A DNA stretch of 64,000 nt from Patescibacteria group bacterium (GTDB lineage: Bacteria > Patescibacteriota > Microgenomatia > JAMCZE01), in contig JAMCRP010000002.1 of the NCBI GenBank assembly GCA_023380635.1, positions 42,458 to 106,457 on the forward strand, written 5' to 3'. Below are positions 36,882-44,598 of this stretch, one piece after another. The position numbers and the translations under genes were made by a program. The notes beneath the pieces were generated by a model. That model was not told where the DNA came from. It saw nothing but the letters and a program-made list of their open reading frames with translations, and did no database searches. The stretch's first letter is position 1, and each line of letters opens with the position of its first letter.

Positions 36882-37088
36882 ATGCCTGGGCTTAATCAAA
36901 ATATCTCAATCGAAAACTTACCCGATCTTCTGACCGTCAAAGAAGTCGCCCAACTTCTTCGCGTTTCTGTCCTTACCATCAAACGCTGGGGCAAAAGAGG
37001 AAAATTGCCCGCCATCCGCATTAATTCAAGAGGGGACAGACGATATAAGAAAGAGGCGGTTTTGTGGCTATTGGGAATGGGTAAATAA
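36882..37088 (+). CDS. excisionase/MerR-superfamily HTH (HTH_17-type) DNA-binding protein
   Basis: LLTVKEVAQLLRVSVLTIKRWGKRGKLPAIRINSRGDRRYKKEAV is the same HTH type as the N-terminal modules of giant gene 2. Confidence 0.7.
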   Translation: MPGLNQNISIENLPDLLTVKEVAQLLRVSVLTIKRWGKRGKLPAIRINSRGDRRYKKEAVLWLLGMGK

Positions 37089-37191
37089 TCCAACTCTTCA
37101 CGCAAGCTCTTTCTTGCGATCCTCCTTCACTTTGCTCAGTCCGGGTCTAAAAAAGGAGGCGGTTCTTTGGTTGCTCGGTATGGGTAAGTAA
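37047..37191. repeat. duplicated gene 3' end: the last 13 codons plus stop of the HTH gene recur ~65 bp downstream with synonymous changes only
   Basis: aag aaa gag gcg gtt ttg tgg cta ttg gga atg ggt aaa taa (37047-37088) versus aaa aag gag gcg gtt ctt tgg ttg ctc ggt atg ggt aag taa (~37150-37191). Both translate to KKEAVLWLLGMGK*. The spacer carries the hairpin cgcaag-ctcttt-cttgcg (37101-37118). Confidence 0.8.
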
Positions 37192-37210
37192 AACCTGCTA
37201 CTATAAATTA

Positions 37211-37813
37211 GTGGCAAAAGCTGGTTTCGAATATCTTCTTGCCTACAAAATCACGGTGCCGATCTACGATTACACTGTGGCTTTCTGCAATTGTTACCCG
37301 CCGTTAGCTCCTAATCATCCTAATTTCTCCAATTTTTCCTATCCTCGTCTCTCTTCAACCCGAACCTATGACCAAATGATTCAGTCGGCACGGTCGGGGA
37401 TGACTAATTTGGCTGAAGGTCATCAGCAGCAAAGCCTTGAAGGCTATATTAAACTTTCAGGAGTTAACAGAGCCTCATTAGAAGAACTTTTAAAAGATTA
37501 TTTAGCTTTTGCCAGACAGAACCATCTAGAGGTCTGGCCAAAAGAGAGATCAAGAAGAGAAATTCGAGAAATTGGAGAAATATGGGGAATCTTAACAAGA
37601 ACTTCGACACTGCCGGACAACCCAAATTTTCCGCCGCTTCCAAACGACCCAACCAAAGCGGCGAATTTTATGATTACTCTGATTAATCAAGCCAATTACC
37701 TGCAGGATCGTTTGAATCTTGCTTTAGAAGACAAATTTGTTAAGGAAGGCGGTTTTCGGGAGAATCTTTTCAAAAAACGGATGGCTTACCGCAATAAAAA
37801 AAGTCCCGCTTAA
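37211..37813 (+). CDS. four-helix-bundle protein (Avd-like family), long form; paralogue of 10455..11027
   Basis: MIQSARSGMTNLAEGHQQQSLEGYIKLSGVNRASLEELLKDYLAF and C-terminal EGGFRENLFKKRMAYRNKK; collinear with the 10455 gene (EGGYSENLYRRREEFRRN). Confidence 0.7.
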   Translation: MAKAGFEYLLAYKITVPIYDYTVAFCNCYPPLAPNHPNFSNFSYPRLSSTRTYDQMIQSARSGMTNLAEGHQQQSLEGYIKLSGVNRASLEELLKDYLAFARQNHLEVWPKERSRREIREIGEIWGILTRTSTLPDNPNFPPLPNDPTKAANFMITLINQANYLQDRLNLALEDKFVKEGGFRENLFKKRMAYRNKKSPA

Positions 37814-37826
37814 GCGGGACTTTCTC
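37795..37826. terminator. bidirectional rho-independent terminator between the convergent avd-like gene and rplL; the loop contains the TAA stop of the avd-like gene
   Basis: aaaaaaagtcccgc-ttaa-gcgggactttctc: a perfect 9-bp stem (aagtcccgc/gcgggactt) flanked by A- and T-runs. Confidence 0.75.
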
Positions 37827-37853
37827 TAATTACTCTTATTGCTCTAATTGCTC

Positions 37854-38237
37854 TTATTTCAATTCTGCAGTGGCTCCGGCAGCCTCCAGTTTTTTCTTAG
37901 CTTCTTCTGCAGTGGCTTTGTTCACTCCTTCGACGACATTCTTGGGAGCGGATTCCACCAAAGTCTTCGCTTCAGCCAGGCCCAGGGTCGGGACGACTTC
38001 GCGAACGGCTTTAATGACGGAAATCTTGTTGGCACCGGCGTTAGTCAGAACAACATTGAAAGTTGTCTGTTCCTCAGCGGGACCCGCCTCCGCTGAAGCT
38101 CCGGCGGGCGAAGCCGCTACTGAAACCGCGGCAGCGCTCACACCAAACTTTTCCTCGAGAGCTTTGACGAGCTCAGCCACCTCGAGAACAGTCATTTTTT
38201 CGACTTCGTCAACGATTTTTTGAGTTTTATCAGACAT
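37854..38237 (-). CDS. rplL: 50S ribosomal protein L7/L12
   Basis: [33 protein letters not shown]...Ala-rich hinge...[31 protein letters not shown]...ELK. Confidence 0.95.
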   Translation of the reverse strand: MSDKTQKIVDEVEKMTVLEVAELVKALEEKFGVSAAAVSVAASPAGASAEAGPAEEQTTFNVVLTNAGANKISVIKAVREVVPTLGLAEAKTLVESAPKNVVEGVNKATAEEAKKKLEAAGATAELK

Positions 38238-38239
38238 TT

Positions 38240-38320
38240 ATAGTCACCTCCAGGAAAATTTGAAATTTACAATTTTAAATTTGAAAATTCAATTCAAATT
38301 TCGAATTTCAAATTGAGAAT
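38240..38320. repeat. A/T-rich 8-bp periodic 'AATTT(G/C)AA' array between rplJ and rplL (upstream of rplL)
   Basis: ggaaaatttgaaatttacaattttaaatttgaaaattcaattcaaatttcgaatttcaaattgagaatt. Confidence 0.8.
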
Positions 38321-38784
38321 TATTTTTTAACTTGTGTCAGTAAGTATGCTAGTTTCTGAGTATTCGCGTTAAGAGTAAACATGAGCTGGGCGATTAAGCC
38401 TTCTTTTGACGGCAAACTGGCGATCCGGGTAGTTTCAGCCGCGTCATATTCAGTCCCGCCCAAAACGCTCATTTTGACCGCCGGTTTGGAATTAGTTTTA
38501 ATAAATTTGACCAATTCCCGAAGCGGAGCAAATTCGTCTTCATAAGCTAACAGGACAGCAGTCGGGCCGACGCTGGTGACTGGTTTCTGGTTTCTGGTAG
38601 AGGCAATGTTTAGCAGGCTGTTTTTGACCACAACATATTCCGCGCCGGCTTTTTTGACGCTTTTGTGCAGGTCTTCCATCTGTTTGTGGGTGAGACCCTG
38701 ATAGTCGGTTAAAACCAGGCCCTTGGCTTTTTTGAGCTTTTCTTCCAGTTTTCCGACGGTTTCGATGTTTTTAGCTTTAGGCAT
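38320..38784 (-). CDS. rplJ: 50S ribosomal protein L10 (short form)
   Basis: N-terminal KxxxxVxxLxExLxKAxGxVLTDYQGLT...MxxLRxxVKKAGAEYxVVKNSL pattern; position between rplA and rplL. Confidence 0.9.
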   Translation of the reverse strand: MPKAKNIETVGKLEEKLKKAKGLVLTDYQGLTHKQMEDLHKSVKKAGAEYVVVKNSLLNIASTRNQKPVTSVGPTAVLLAYEDEFAPLRELVKFIKTNSKPAVKMSVLGGTEYDAAETTRIASLPSKEGLIAQLMFTLNANTQKLAYLLTQVKK

Positions 38785-38810
38785 TAAAAAACTCGGTCAA
38801 AGACCGAGCG

Positions 38811-38850
38811 AAACTTAAGTAACTTAAAATTCTTAAGAAACTTATGATGC
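38811..38850. repeat. tandem 9-bp 'nnnCTTAAG' array in the rplJ leader region
   Basis: aaacttaag taacttaaa attcttaag aaacttatg; ~30 bp upstream of the rplJ start on the minus strand. Confidence 0.75.
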
Positions 38851-38931
38851 TCCTGGGTGGGTCTTAGCTTTGTGCCCACTGTCTTTGGAACTGATACTAT
38901 TATATAGGTTCTGCCTCCGGTTCGTCAATAA

Positions 38932-39759
38932 CTAAACGGCCACTTTCACTGCCGGACCCATGGTGGGTTTGACGAAGGCGGTTTTAATTTTGTCTTTGCC
39001 GACGGCTTTAGTCAGGGCGGCAAAGTTGTCCTCGAGCTTTTTGGGTTCGAAAGAGACCTTACCGATAATCGTATGGATAATCGGGAAGTCAGCTTCGGTT
39101 TTCCAGTTAATCTGGCCCTTGGACAAAGTTTCCACTAATTTTTCCGGATTTTCGCCTATCGTGCCGGTTTTGGGGTTGGGCATCAAACCTTTTGGTCCCA
39201 GGATCTTGGCCACTCGGGCCAATTTGGGCATCATGCTCGGATGGGCCACCAAAATATCAAAATCGATCGAACCGCCCTTAGATAAATTCTCGATTAGGGC
39301 GTCATCAGCAACTTTTACTTTGATTTGTTTGCCGGTGCCGTGGGGCAAAGCCACCATCCCGCGCAGGCCCTTTTCGGTGACATTAAGATGCAATTCTACT
39401 GTGCCGTCGAACTTCGAATAAGAAGTTTTCTTGACTAAATCGAGAGCCTCTTTAAGAGAGTAAACCTTTTTCTTGTCAACTAAACCCCGAACTTCGAGAT
39501 ATTTTTTACCTCGGATATTCTTGACGGCGGAAAGCGGATTTTTTTGATCTTGATGTTTTAATGTCTTGATCTCTTGATCTGATTTTTCTGCTTTCAAGGG
39601 TTCCTGGTCAAGAGTTCTGTCTTCTGTCTTCAAAACATCCTTTTTAGGAACTTTGGCAGCTTTCTCGGCTTTTTTTTGAGCGCGTTTGGCTTCCGCCTTT
39701 TTGCGGGCGGCTTCTTCAGCTTCAATATCTCCCATGATGGCGGTTTTTACTTTACCCAT
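38932..39759 (-). CDS. rplA: 50S ribosomal protein L1 with a ~65-aa Lys/Ala/Glu-rich N-terminal extension
   Basis: GKKYLEVRGLVDKKKVYSLKEALDLVKKTSYSKFDGTVELHLNV aligns with the canonical L1 N-terminus. It is preceded by MGKVKTAIMGDIEAEEAARKKAEAKRAQKKAEKAAKVPKK... with no alternative in-frame ATG before the L1 core. Confidence 0.9.
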   Translation of the reverse strand: MGKVKTAIMGDIEAEEAARKKAEAKRAQKKAEKAAKVPKKDVLKTEDRTLDQEPLKAEKSDQEIKTLKHQDQKNPLSAVKNIRGKKYLEVRGLVDKKKVYSLKEALDLVKKTSYSKFDGTVELHLNVTEKGLRGMVALPHGTGKQIKVKVADDALIENLSKGGSIDFDILVAHPSMMPKLARVAKILGPKGLMPNPKTGTIGENPEKLVETLSKGQINWKTEADFPIIHTIIGKVSFEPKKLEDNFAALTKAVGKDKIKTAFVKPTMGPAVKVAV

Positions 39760-39760
39760 A

Positions 39761-40195
39761 TTATTCGTTTTTAATACCCATACTGCGGGCGGTGCCTTGG
39801 ACTATTTTAGTGGCGGCATCGACATCGGTGGTATTCAAATCTTCCAGTTTGGTTTCCGCGATTTTACGGGCCTGGGCGGCAGTTAGGGTTCCGGCAGACT
39901 CTCTTCCGGCAAAGCCTGCGCCATGCTCGAGTTTGAGCTCTTTCTTGATAAGTTCTGAAACGGGGGGAAGCTTGGTGATAAATGAGAAAGTTCTATCCTC
40001 AAAAACCGTGATAACAGCAGGAATAACCTGGCCTTTCTTGTCCGCGGTTTTTTCATTGTAGGCCCGGACAAAGTCCATAATCGGCAGACCGTGCTGACCA
40101 AGAGCGGGACCAACCGGCGGAGCAGGAGTTGCTTCGCCCGCGGGAAGATTTAACTTAATAACGGTTTTAATCTTTTTAGCCATACGCTTTTTCAA
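39761..40195 (-). CDS. rplK: 50S ribosomal protein L11
   Basis: MAKKIKTVIKLNLPAGEATPAPPVGPALGQHGLPIMDFVRAYN (the L11 PPVGPALG motif). Confidence 0.95.
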   Translation of the reverse strand: MKKRMAKKIKTVIKLNLPAGEATPAPPVGPALGQHGLPIMDFVRAYNEKTADKKGQVIPAVITVFEDRTFSFITKLPPVSELIKKELKLEHGAGFAGRESAGTLTAAQARKIAETKLEDLNTTDVDAATKIVQGTARSMGIKNE

Positions 40196-40274
40196 GCTCC
40201 CACCCAGCCAAATGCTGCTTGGTAAGTTAATTTTATCTGATATCGGTAAGAAAGTAAAGTCGCAGTAGTCGAGT

Positions 40275-40556
40275 CTACTCCTGAGATTTGGCGGGTCCGG
40301 AGTAAAGTGACGGCATCGGGGCCTTTAGGCTATTAGCATCGGGCCGGCGCTCCGGTACGACTTGCTGACCGAAAAAGTTCAACCGGCCTTTTGTGGGGGC
40401 ACGCAGATTGGTCAGGGTTTCCTGGCTAATTTCATCATCGGGGGAAGCCGGGATGGGCTTGGGATCACCGGTCGGAACGGCAGGAAGCTGGTTATTCCTA
40501 ACCATGACCGGAATTATTAATCCGAAAATATCAGCAAATTCTTTGGTCTTGGCCAT
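40275..40556 (-). CDS. hypothetical protein between nusG and rplK
   Basis: 93-aa ORF in-operon on the correct strand; no recognisable motif. Confidence 0.3.
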   Translation of the reverse strand: MAKTKEFADIFGLIIPVMVRNNQLPAVPTGDPKPIPASPDDEISQETLTNLRAPTKGRLNFFGQQVVPERRPDANSLKAPMPSLYSGPAKSQE

Positions 40557-40636
40557 ACTCTTTAAAGCTTCCGGCTAGGCCCGGTAGATTTCGGGTAAAA
40601 TGGTAGATGAACTATACTAATTTTCATTAAAATCTT

Positions 40637-40861
40637 CTATTCGCAAGTCGATCTGGCCTGAGAATGCCTGGCACTATCGACACCTTCCCAAGGGTAGGGT
40701 CCGTGGTTATTAGATCTTTTTGTGACCCAATGCCTGGTCTCTCTTGGCTTATCCCGGCGTATTTGAATTTCCAGTCTGACCTCATCTTCGTCGCTTAGCG
40801 GTTCAAGACCTTCTAATAACTGATCAATACCGGCATCATGAGTAATTTCTGATTTGGTCAT
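40637..40861 (-). CDS. possible small ORF (74 aa from internal ATG) downstream of nusG
   Basis: The listed 163-aa ORF overlaps nusG in another frame; only the part beyond the nusG stop, starting at MTKSEITHDAGIDQLLEG, could be real. It may instead be the L11 mRNA leader. Confidence 0.2.
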   Translation of the reverse strand: MTKSEITHDAGIDQLLEGLEPLSDEDEVRLEIQIRRDKPRETRHWVTKRSNNHGPYPWEGVDSARHSQARSTCE

Positions 40862-40865
40862 ATTT

Positions 40866-41423
40866 TTAAAGCTTGCTAACCTGGAGGAAATCGAGCTCAA
40901 CCGGAGTTTCCCGGCCAAAGATGCTGACCAGGACTTTGATCTTGCCGCGGGCTTCATCAACAGATTCCACACTGCCCAGGAAGTCGGCAAACGGCCCGTC
41001 AACAATCTTGACAGCTTCACCGACAGAGATACTGGTCTTGAACTTTGGCGCGGCCAGCTGCGAGAATTTGGTAATGGCGTCAACTTCTTTGGGAGATAGA
41101 GGGGTCGGACGGTTGCCGATACCCACAAAAGAAGTAACTCCGGGAGTAGTGCGAACGATTAACCACGAGTCGTCGTCTAAAATCATTCTCACCAAAATAT
41201 ACCCCGGAAATATTTTCTCTTTTATTTCTTCTTTCTTGCCTCTTTTGACGGTGACAGTATCCCGGGTGGGAACGAGGACATCAAATACCCGGTTGGCGAT
41301 GTTCATCGCCTCCGAGCGCTGTTTAATCGCCGCGGCCACTTTGTTCTCATGGCCGGAGTAGGTATGCAGAACATACCACTTGGCGTTTTCCGGAACATTT
41401 TGCTGAGTTGTTTGATCGTCCAT
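40866..41423 (-). CDS. nusG: transcription termination/antitermination factor NusG
   Basis: NGN domain (KWYVLHTYSGHENKV) and C-terminal KOW (VGEAVKIVDGPFADFLGSVESVD...KVLVSIFGRETPVELDF). Confidence 0.9.
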   Translation of the reverse strand: MDDQTTQQNVPENAKWYVLHTYSGHENKVAAAIKQRSEAMNIANRVFDVLVPTRDTVTVKRGKKEEIKEKIFPGYILVRMILDDDSWLIVRTTPGVTSFVGIGNRPTPLSPKEVDAITKFSQLAAPKFKTSISVGEAVKIVDGPFADFLGSVESVDEARGKIKVLVSIFGRETPVELDFLQVSKL

Positions 41424-41437
41424 GTGATAAATCTAAT

Positions 41438-41656
41438 TTACTGTTTTAATAAAAGTTCTATCAGTCTGGTAAAAACATAATCCAAACCCCCAAGATACAC
41501 GCCGACTATTATAGAGACCCCAATAACGACCCCTGTCAGTCTGACCACTTCCGGTCGAGTTGGCCAAGCTACTTTGGCTAGTTCCGAGCGGACTTCTTTA
41601 ATAAAGACGACCGGATTTTTGCCAAAGTCCGGAGCCGTGATCGTAAAGTCTTTCAT
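41438..41656 (-). CDS. secE: preprotein translocase subunit SecE
   Basis: 72 aa with FIKEVRSELAKVAWPTRPEVVRLTGVVIGVSIIVGVYLGGLD (the SecE KVxWP motif plus a single TM); located directly upstream of nusG. Confidence 0.85.
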   Translation of the reverse strand: MKDFTITAPDFGKNPVVFIKEVRSELAKVAWPTRPEVVRLTGVVIGVSIIVGVYLGGLDYVFTRLIELLLKQ

Positions 41657-41860
41657 GAAACTAGCTTAGCACAAAAAAGACATTGTAACTACAAAAAAAC
41701 AGTCTTCGCCGGACTGTCAAGGGGATTGTAGCAAACTTATCTATTCTTTGTAAAGGGGAAGCTTCAGCCTTATCTGCGGCTGGAGCAGCTTGATCCTTCA
41801 CAGGTCGGAAGTTCTGACTGCAGACTTAGGGGTTACAAGGCTATTTTTTAAAGAAAGGGT

Positions 41861-41892
41861 CGTTCTTATAAAGAATCGTTCTTGTAAAGAAT
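41861..41892. promoter_or_regulatory. tandem 16-bp near-palindromic repeat in the divergent secE / 41976-gene promoter region (operator candidate)
   Basis: cgttcttataaagaat cgttcttgtaaagaat; each unit contains the palindrome ttcttNtaaagaa. Confidence 0.4.
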
Positions 41893-41975
41893 TATTCTTT
41901 TTGTCCTTTGGTGTTTTTAGGTTTTTTGGGGCCGGACCAGCCCTTGCAATTGGCGCGGCTAATTTATTACACTGA

Positions 41976-43241
41976 ATGTGTATGCCCTTCGGGAAGAAGA
42001 AGCTTTTGGTGGTATTTCTGGAGAAAGATAATCTCAAACTCCTGTCTTATGAAGTTGGTGGGTTGAAGTCGGCGGCGACGCGGTTGTTTGCCGGCCAGAT
42101 TACCTTTTCTCCGGAAGTGCTAAGGGATGGGTTTATTGCTGATGCCGCCAAATTTTCCGGGCAAGTGAAGATGGCGTTTGCCCAGAAAGACCAGCTTCGC
42201 GACGCGGCAGAGGTTTTGCTTTTTGTCAGTCCGGACAAAGTTTTTACCAAGACCTTGCCGGCAGCCGATTCCGTTGACATTTTTATTCACGGCCTGCCAT
42301 ATTTTAAGGAAGAACTGGTTATCAACACGGAAGAGTCCAAGGTAAAAGGGAAGGGCGACAGAGTTACCTACACGGCTTTTGAGAAGAAGCTGGTAGAGGA
42401 TTTAGAGCGTCCGTTTCAGGAGCTGGGTAAAAAAATAATCGGGGTCAAAAGCCCGGCTAACGCTCTGGTAGAAAAGTTTCCTCAGGCGGGAAAATACCTC
42501 TTTTTAATTCCTCAGGAACGCGAAATAGTGATGGTGGCGGCGGAAAATGGAGAGATTTTGGATTTAGCGGTGGTCAAAAACGATGTTTTTGTGGCCCGGC
42601 TGGAAGAGTTCCGGGCGAATCATGATCTGGGAAACGCTCCAACCTATTCTGTTGGGGTCTTCCCATCGCACTTCAATTTGCAGACCGTTAATTTGGCCCA
42701 AACCGACATTTATGATCTCATTGTTAACTCATCTTCAACCACAAAAGCGGGTTTCGAGCTGCCGCTATTTTTAAATCGTCTGAACCCCCGTTATCTTTTC
42801 CTGATAGGAGCGGCAACTGTGGGTATTCTTTTAGTATTATTAATAGTCAAAAATCTCCACCGCCTGCCGGGTTTAGGCAGACCGGCCAAAACAGAAATTA
42901 CCTCGCCCGTGGCACCAACTCCACCCCCGCCGCCCGCGCCGGAGCCAAAGCCGGCTGATTATCCTGTGGAGATACTAAACGGAACCCTCATCACCGGCGA
43001 GGCCGGGAAGTTAGCAGACAAGCTTAAAGCTGAAGGCTTTGATATTACCGACACGAAAAATGCTACCTCGGCCGGGTTTGCGGCAACGCGCCTGCGGGCG
43101 ACCAAAGAGGTGCCGGATAAGATTTTGACCGAACTTAAAACAACTCTTCTGGAGACTTATGAATCTGTCACTGACGAGCTTCTGGCCACCCCTTCCGGTA
43201 AAGCTGACATCCAAATAATTATCGGGAAAAAGAAAACATAA
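41976..43241 (+). CDS. membrane protein with a C-terminal LytR_C (LytR/CpsA/Psr C-terminal) domain and a Pro-rich linker
   Basis: TM at ~aa 270-290, then PTPPPPPAPEPKP, then YPVEILNGTLITGEAGKLADKLKAEGFDITDTKNAT...ADIQIIIGKK (LytR_C-like pattern V-x-V-LNGTG-x-GLA ... GF). Confidence 0.5.
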   Translation: MCMPFGKKKLLVVFLEKDNLKLLSYEVGGLKSAATRLFAGQITFSPEVLRDGFIADAAKFSGQVKMAFAQKDQLRDAAEVLLFVSPDKVFTKTLPAADSVDIFIHGLPYFKEELVINTEESKVKGKGDRVTYTAFEKKLVEDLERPFQELGKKIIGVKSPANALVEKFPQAGKYLFLIPQEREIVMVAAENGEILDLAVVKNDVFVARLEEFRANHDLGNAPTYSVGVFPSHFNLQTVNLAQTDIYDLIVNSSSTTKAGFELPLFLNRLNPRYLFLIGAATVGILLVLLIVKNLHRLPGLGRPAKTEITSPVAPTPPPPPAPEPKPADYPVEILNGTLITGEAGKLADKLKAEGFDITDTKNATSAGFAATRLRATKEVPDKILTELKTTLLETYESVTDELLATPSGKADIQIIIGKKKT

Positions 43242-43305
43242 ACTAATTGCTAAATTGTTTCATTGTTACATTGTTAAATTATTAGCAATGTAGCCATGTA
43301 GCAAT

Positions 43306-44586
43306 ATGACAATGGAGGGATTGGCTAATAAAAAAATCTTAGCGGCAATAGCTATCAGCCTTATTTTGGTTGCGGGTTTGGTGGCGGGGGTTGTTCTGGT
43401 GAAGCGTCAGCAGGATATCCGGTCCAAAGCGGCGTCGGCCGGTTGTACTAATGCCCGCTGGCCGGCTGACCCGAATACTGCCTGTGGTAAAAGCACTCAG
43501 CAACCAGCCCAAAGTGCCACCGGAGTTTCCTTAACTCCGGACTTTGCTTGGGGTTATGGCGGCTATCGTCCTGAAGATAATGGGCAGTGTACCACGGATT
43601 TTGGTTGTTCCCACCAAAATTACGGCGTTTCTGTTTACCTATTTGAAGGTAACCAGGCGACGACAGCTTTTGCCCGGGCCGACAGTATGAATGTTCCCAT
43701 ACTGCCAACTTCAATGAGTTTTAGCAAGTTCAAAAAGTGCGACGGTTCGCCGTCTTGTCATACTGACGGCCAACCGGCTATCACCGCTTTAAAGGCCAAT
43801 ACCGTTTATACCTGGCGAGTAACGCCTTATTATGAAGATGCAAACGGACAATTAATTGTCCATGCGGAACAGACTTATAATTACAACTTTACTACCGGAG
43901 CTCCCCAACCGCCAAATTGCGTCAGTTTAACTACCACGGCTGATCTGACTAATTTGCAGGTTGGCAGTCAGTACACTTTCTCGCTGACAGCCAGCGGGAC
44001 AGTGACGGACGTTTCTTTGAGTGCTTATACCGGCAGCTGTCCTAGTTCGCCGCCGGAAATTGACAAGCAGTCAGCCAGTGCCGGAACTTATTCCTTAAAG
44101 TGGACGCCGACGGCGGCCGGAACGTACACCGTTTTTGGCCGGGTCTGGAATGACAGCCAGGTCGAATGCCGCGCCGACTGTGTTGACGGGCCGCCACGGA
44201 TTCTTTGTGATGGCGCATCTGCCTGCAAACTGACGGCGACGGTTAAAACTCCTCCGGTCCCGCCGGCAGTGACCGCCGCTTGCCAAAATGTCCAGGCTGA
44301 TAAGGATTTATCTACCCTCAAAGTCGGTGACACAGTTACTTTTACCGGTCGGGGAACGCTTACTAACAATCAGACAGCTGGCAGCGCCATTGACAAAATT
44401 AAATTTATTGTCCTTAAGGACGGAACGGAAGTTTTAAACACTGATGTAAATACGACTCAGGAAACAGGTGCTAATGATGTCGTTCAGACTTGGAAAGCGA
44501 GCCAAGCCTACACGATTACTGCTGCCGGAACTTACTCAGTTCGCATCAAAGTCCATTGGAATACACAAGATATTTGGCTCGAATAA
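43306..44586 (+). CDS. exported/membrane-anchored hypothetical protein (Ig/Fn3-like beta-rich, Cys-containing)
   Basis: N-terminal signal anchor (ILAAIAISLILVAGLVAGVVLV); T/S/G-rich beta-strand-like repeats; paired cysteines. Confidence 0.45.
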   Translation: MTMEGLANKKILAAIAISLILVAGLVAGVVLVKRQQDIRSKAASAGCTNARWPADPNTACGKSTQQPAQSATGVSLTPDFAWGYGGYRPEDNGQCTTDFGCSHQNYGVSVYLFEGNQATTAFARADSMNVPILPTSMSFSKFKKCDGSPSCHTDGQPAITALKANTVYTWRVTPYYEDANGQLIVHAEQTYNYNFTTGAPQPPNCVSLTTTADLTNLQVGSQYTFSLTASGTVTDVSLSAYTGSCPSSPPEIDKQSASAGTYSLKWTPTAAGTYTVFGRVWNDSQVECRADCVDGPPRILCDGASACKLTATVKTPPVPPAVTAACQNVQADKDLSTLKVGDTVTFTGRGTLTNNQTAGSAIDKIKFIVLKDGTEVLNTDVNTTQETGANDVVQTWKASQAYTITAAGTYSVRIKVHWNTQDIWLE

Positions 44587-44598
44587 GACTTTGTCTTA

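Noticed and set aside
37870-41361. Plus-strand ORFs within the ribosomal-protein/nusG cluster (37870-38223, 38960-39421, 39792-40061, 40873-41361) and the minus-strand 40637-41128 N-terminal part
   Set aside because: They overlap highly conserved minus-strand genes (rplL, rplA, rplK, nusG) in other frames.
41657-41975. tRNA (e.g. tRNA-Trp) upstream of secE
   Set aside because: Hand-folding both strands of the region gave no cloverleaf with a 7-nt T-loop and acceptor pairing. The small ORFs 41790-41975 and 41798-42037 look spurious in a divergent promoter region.
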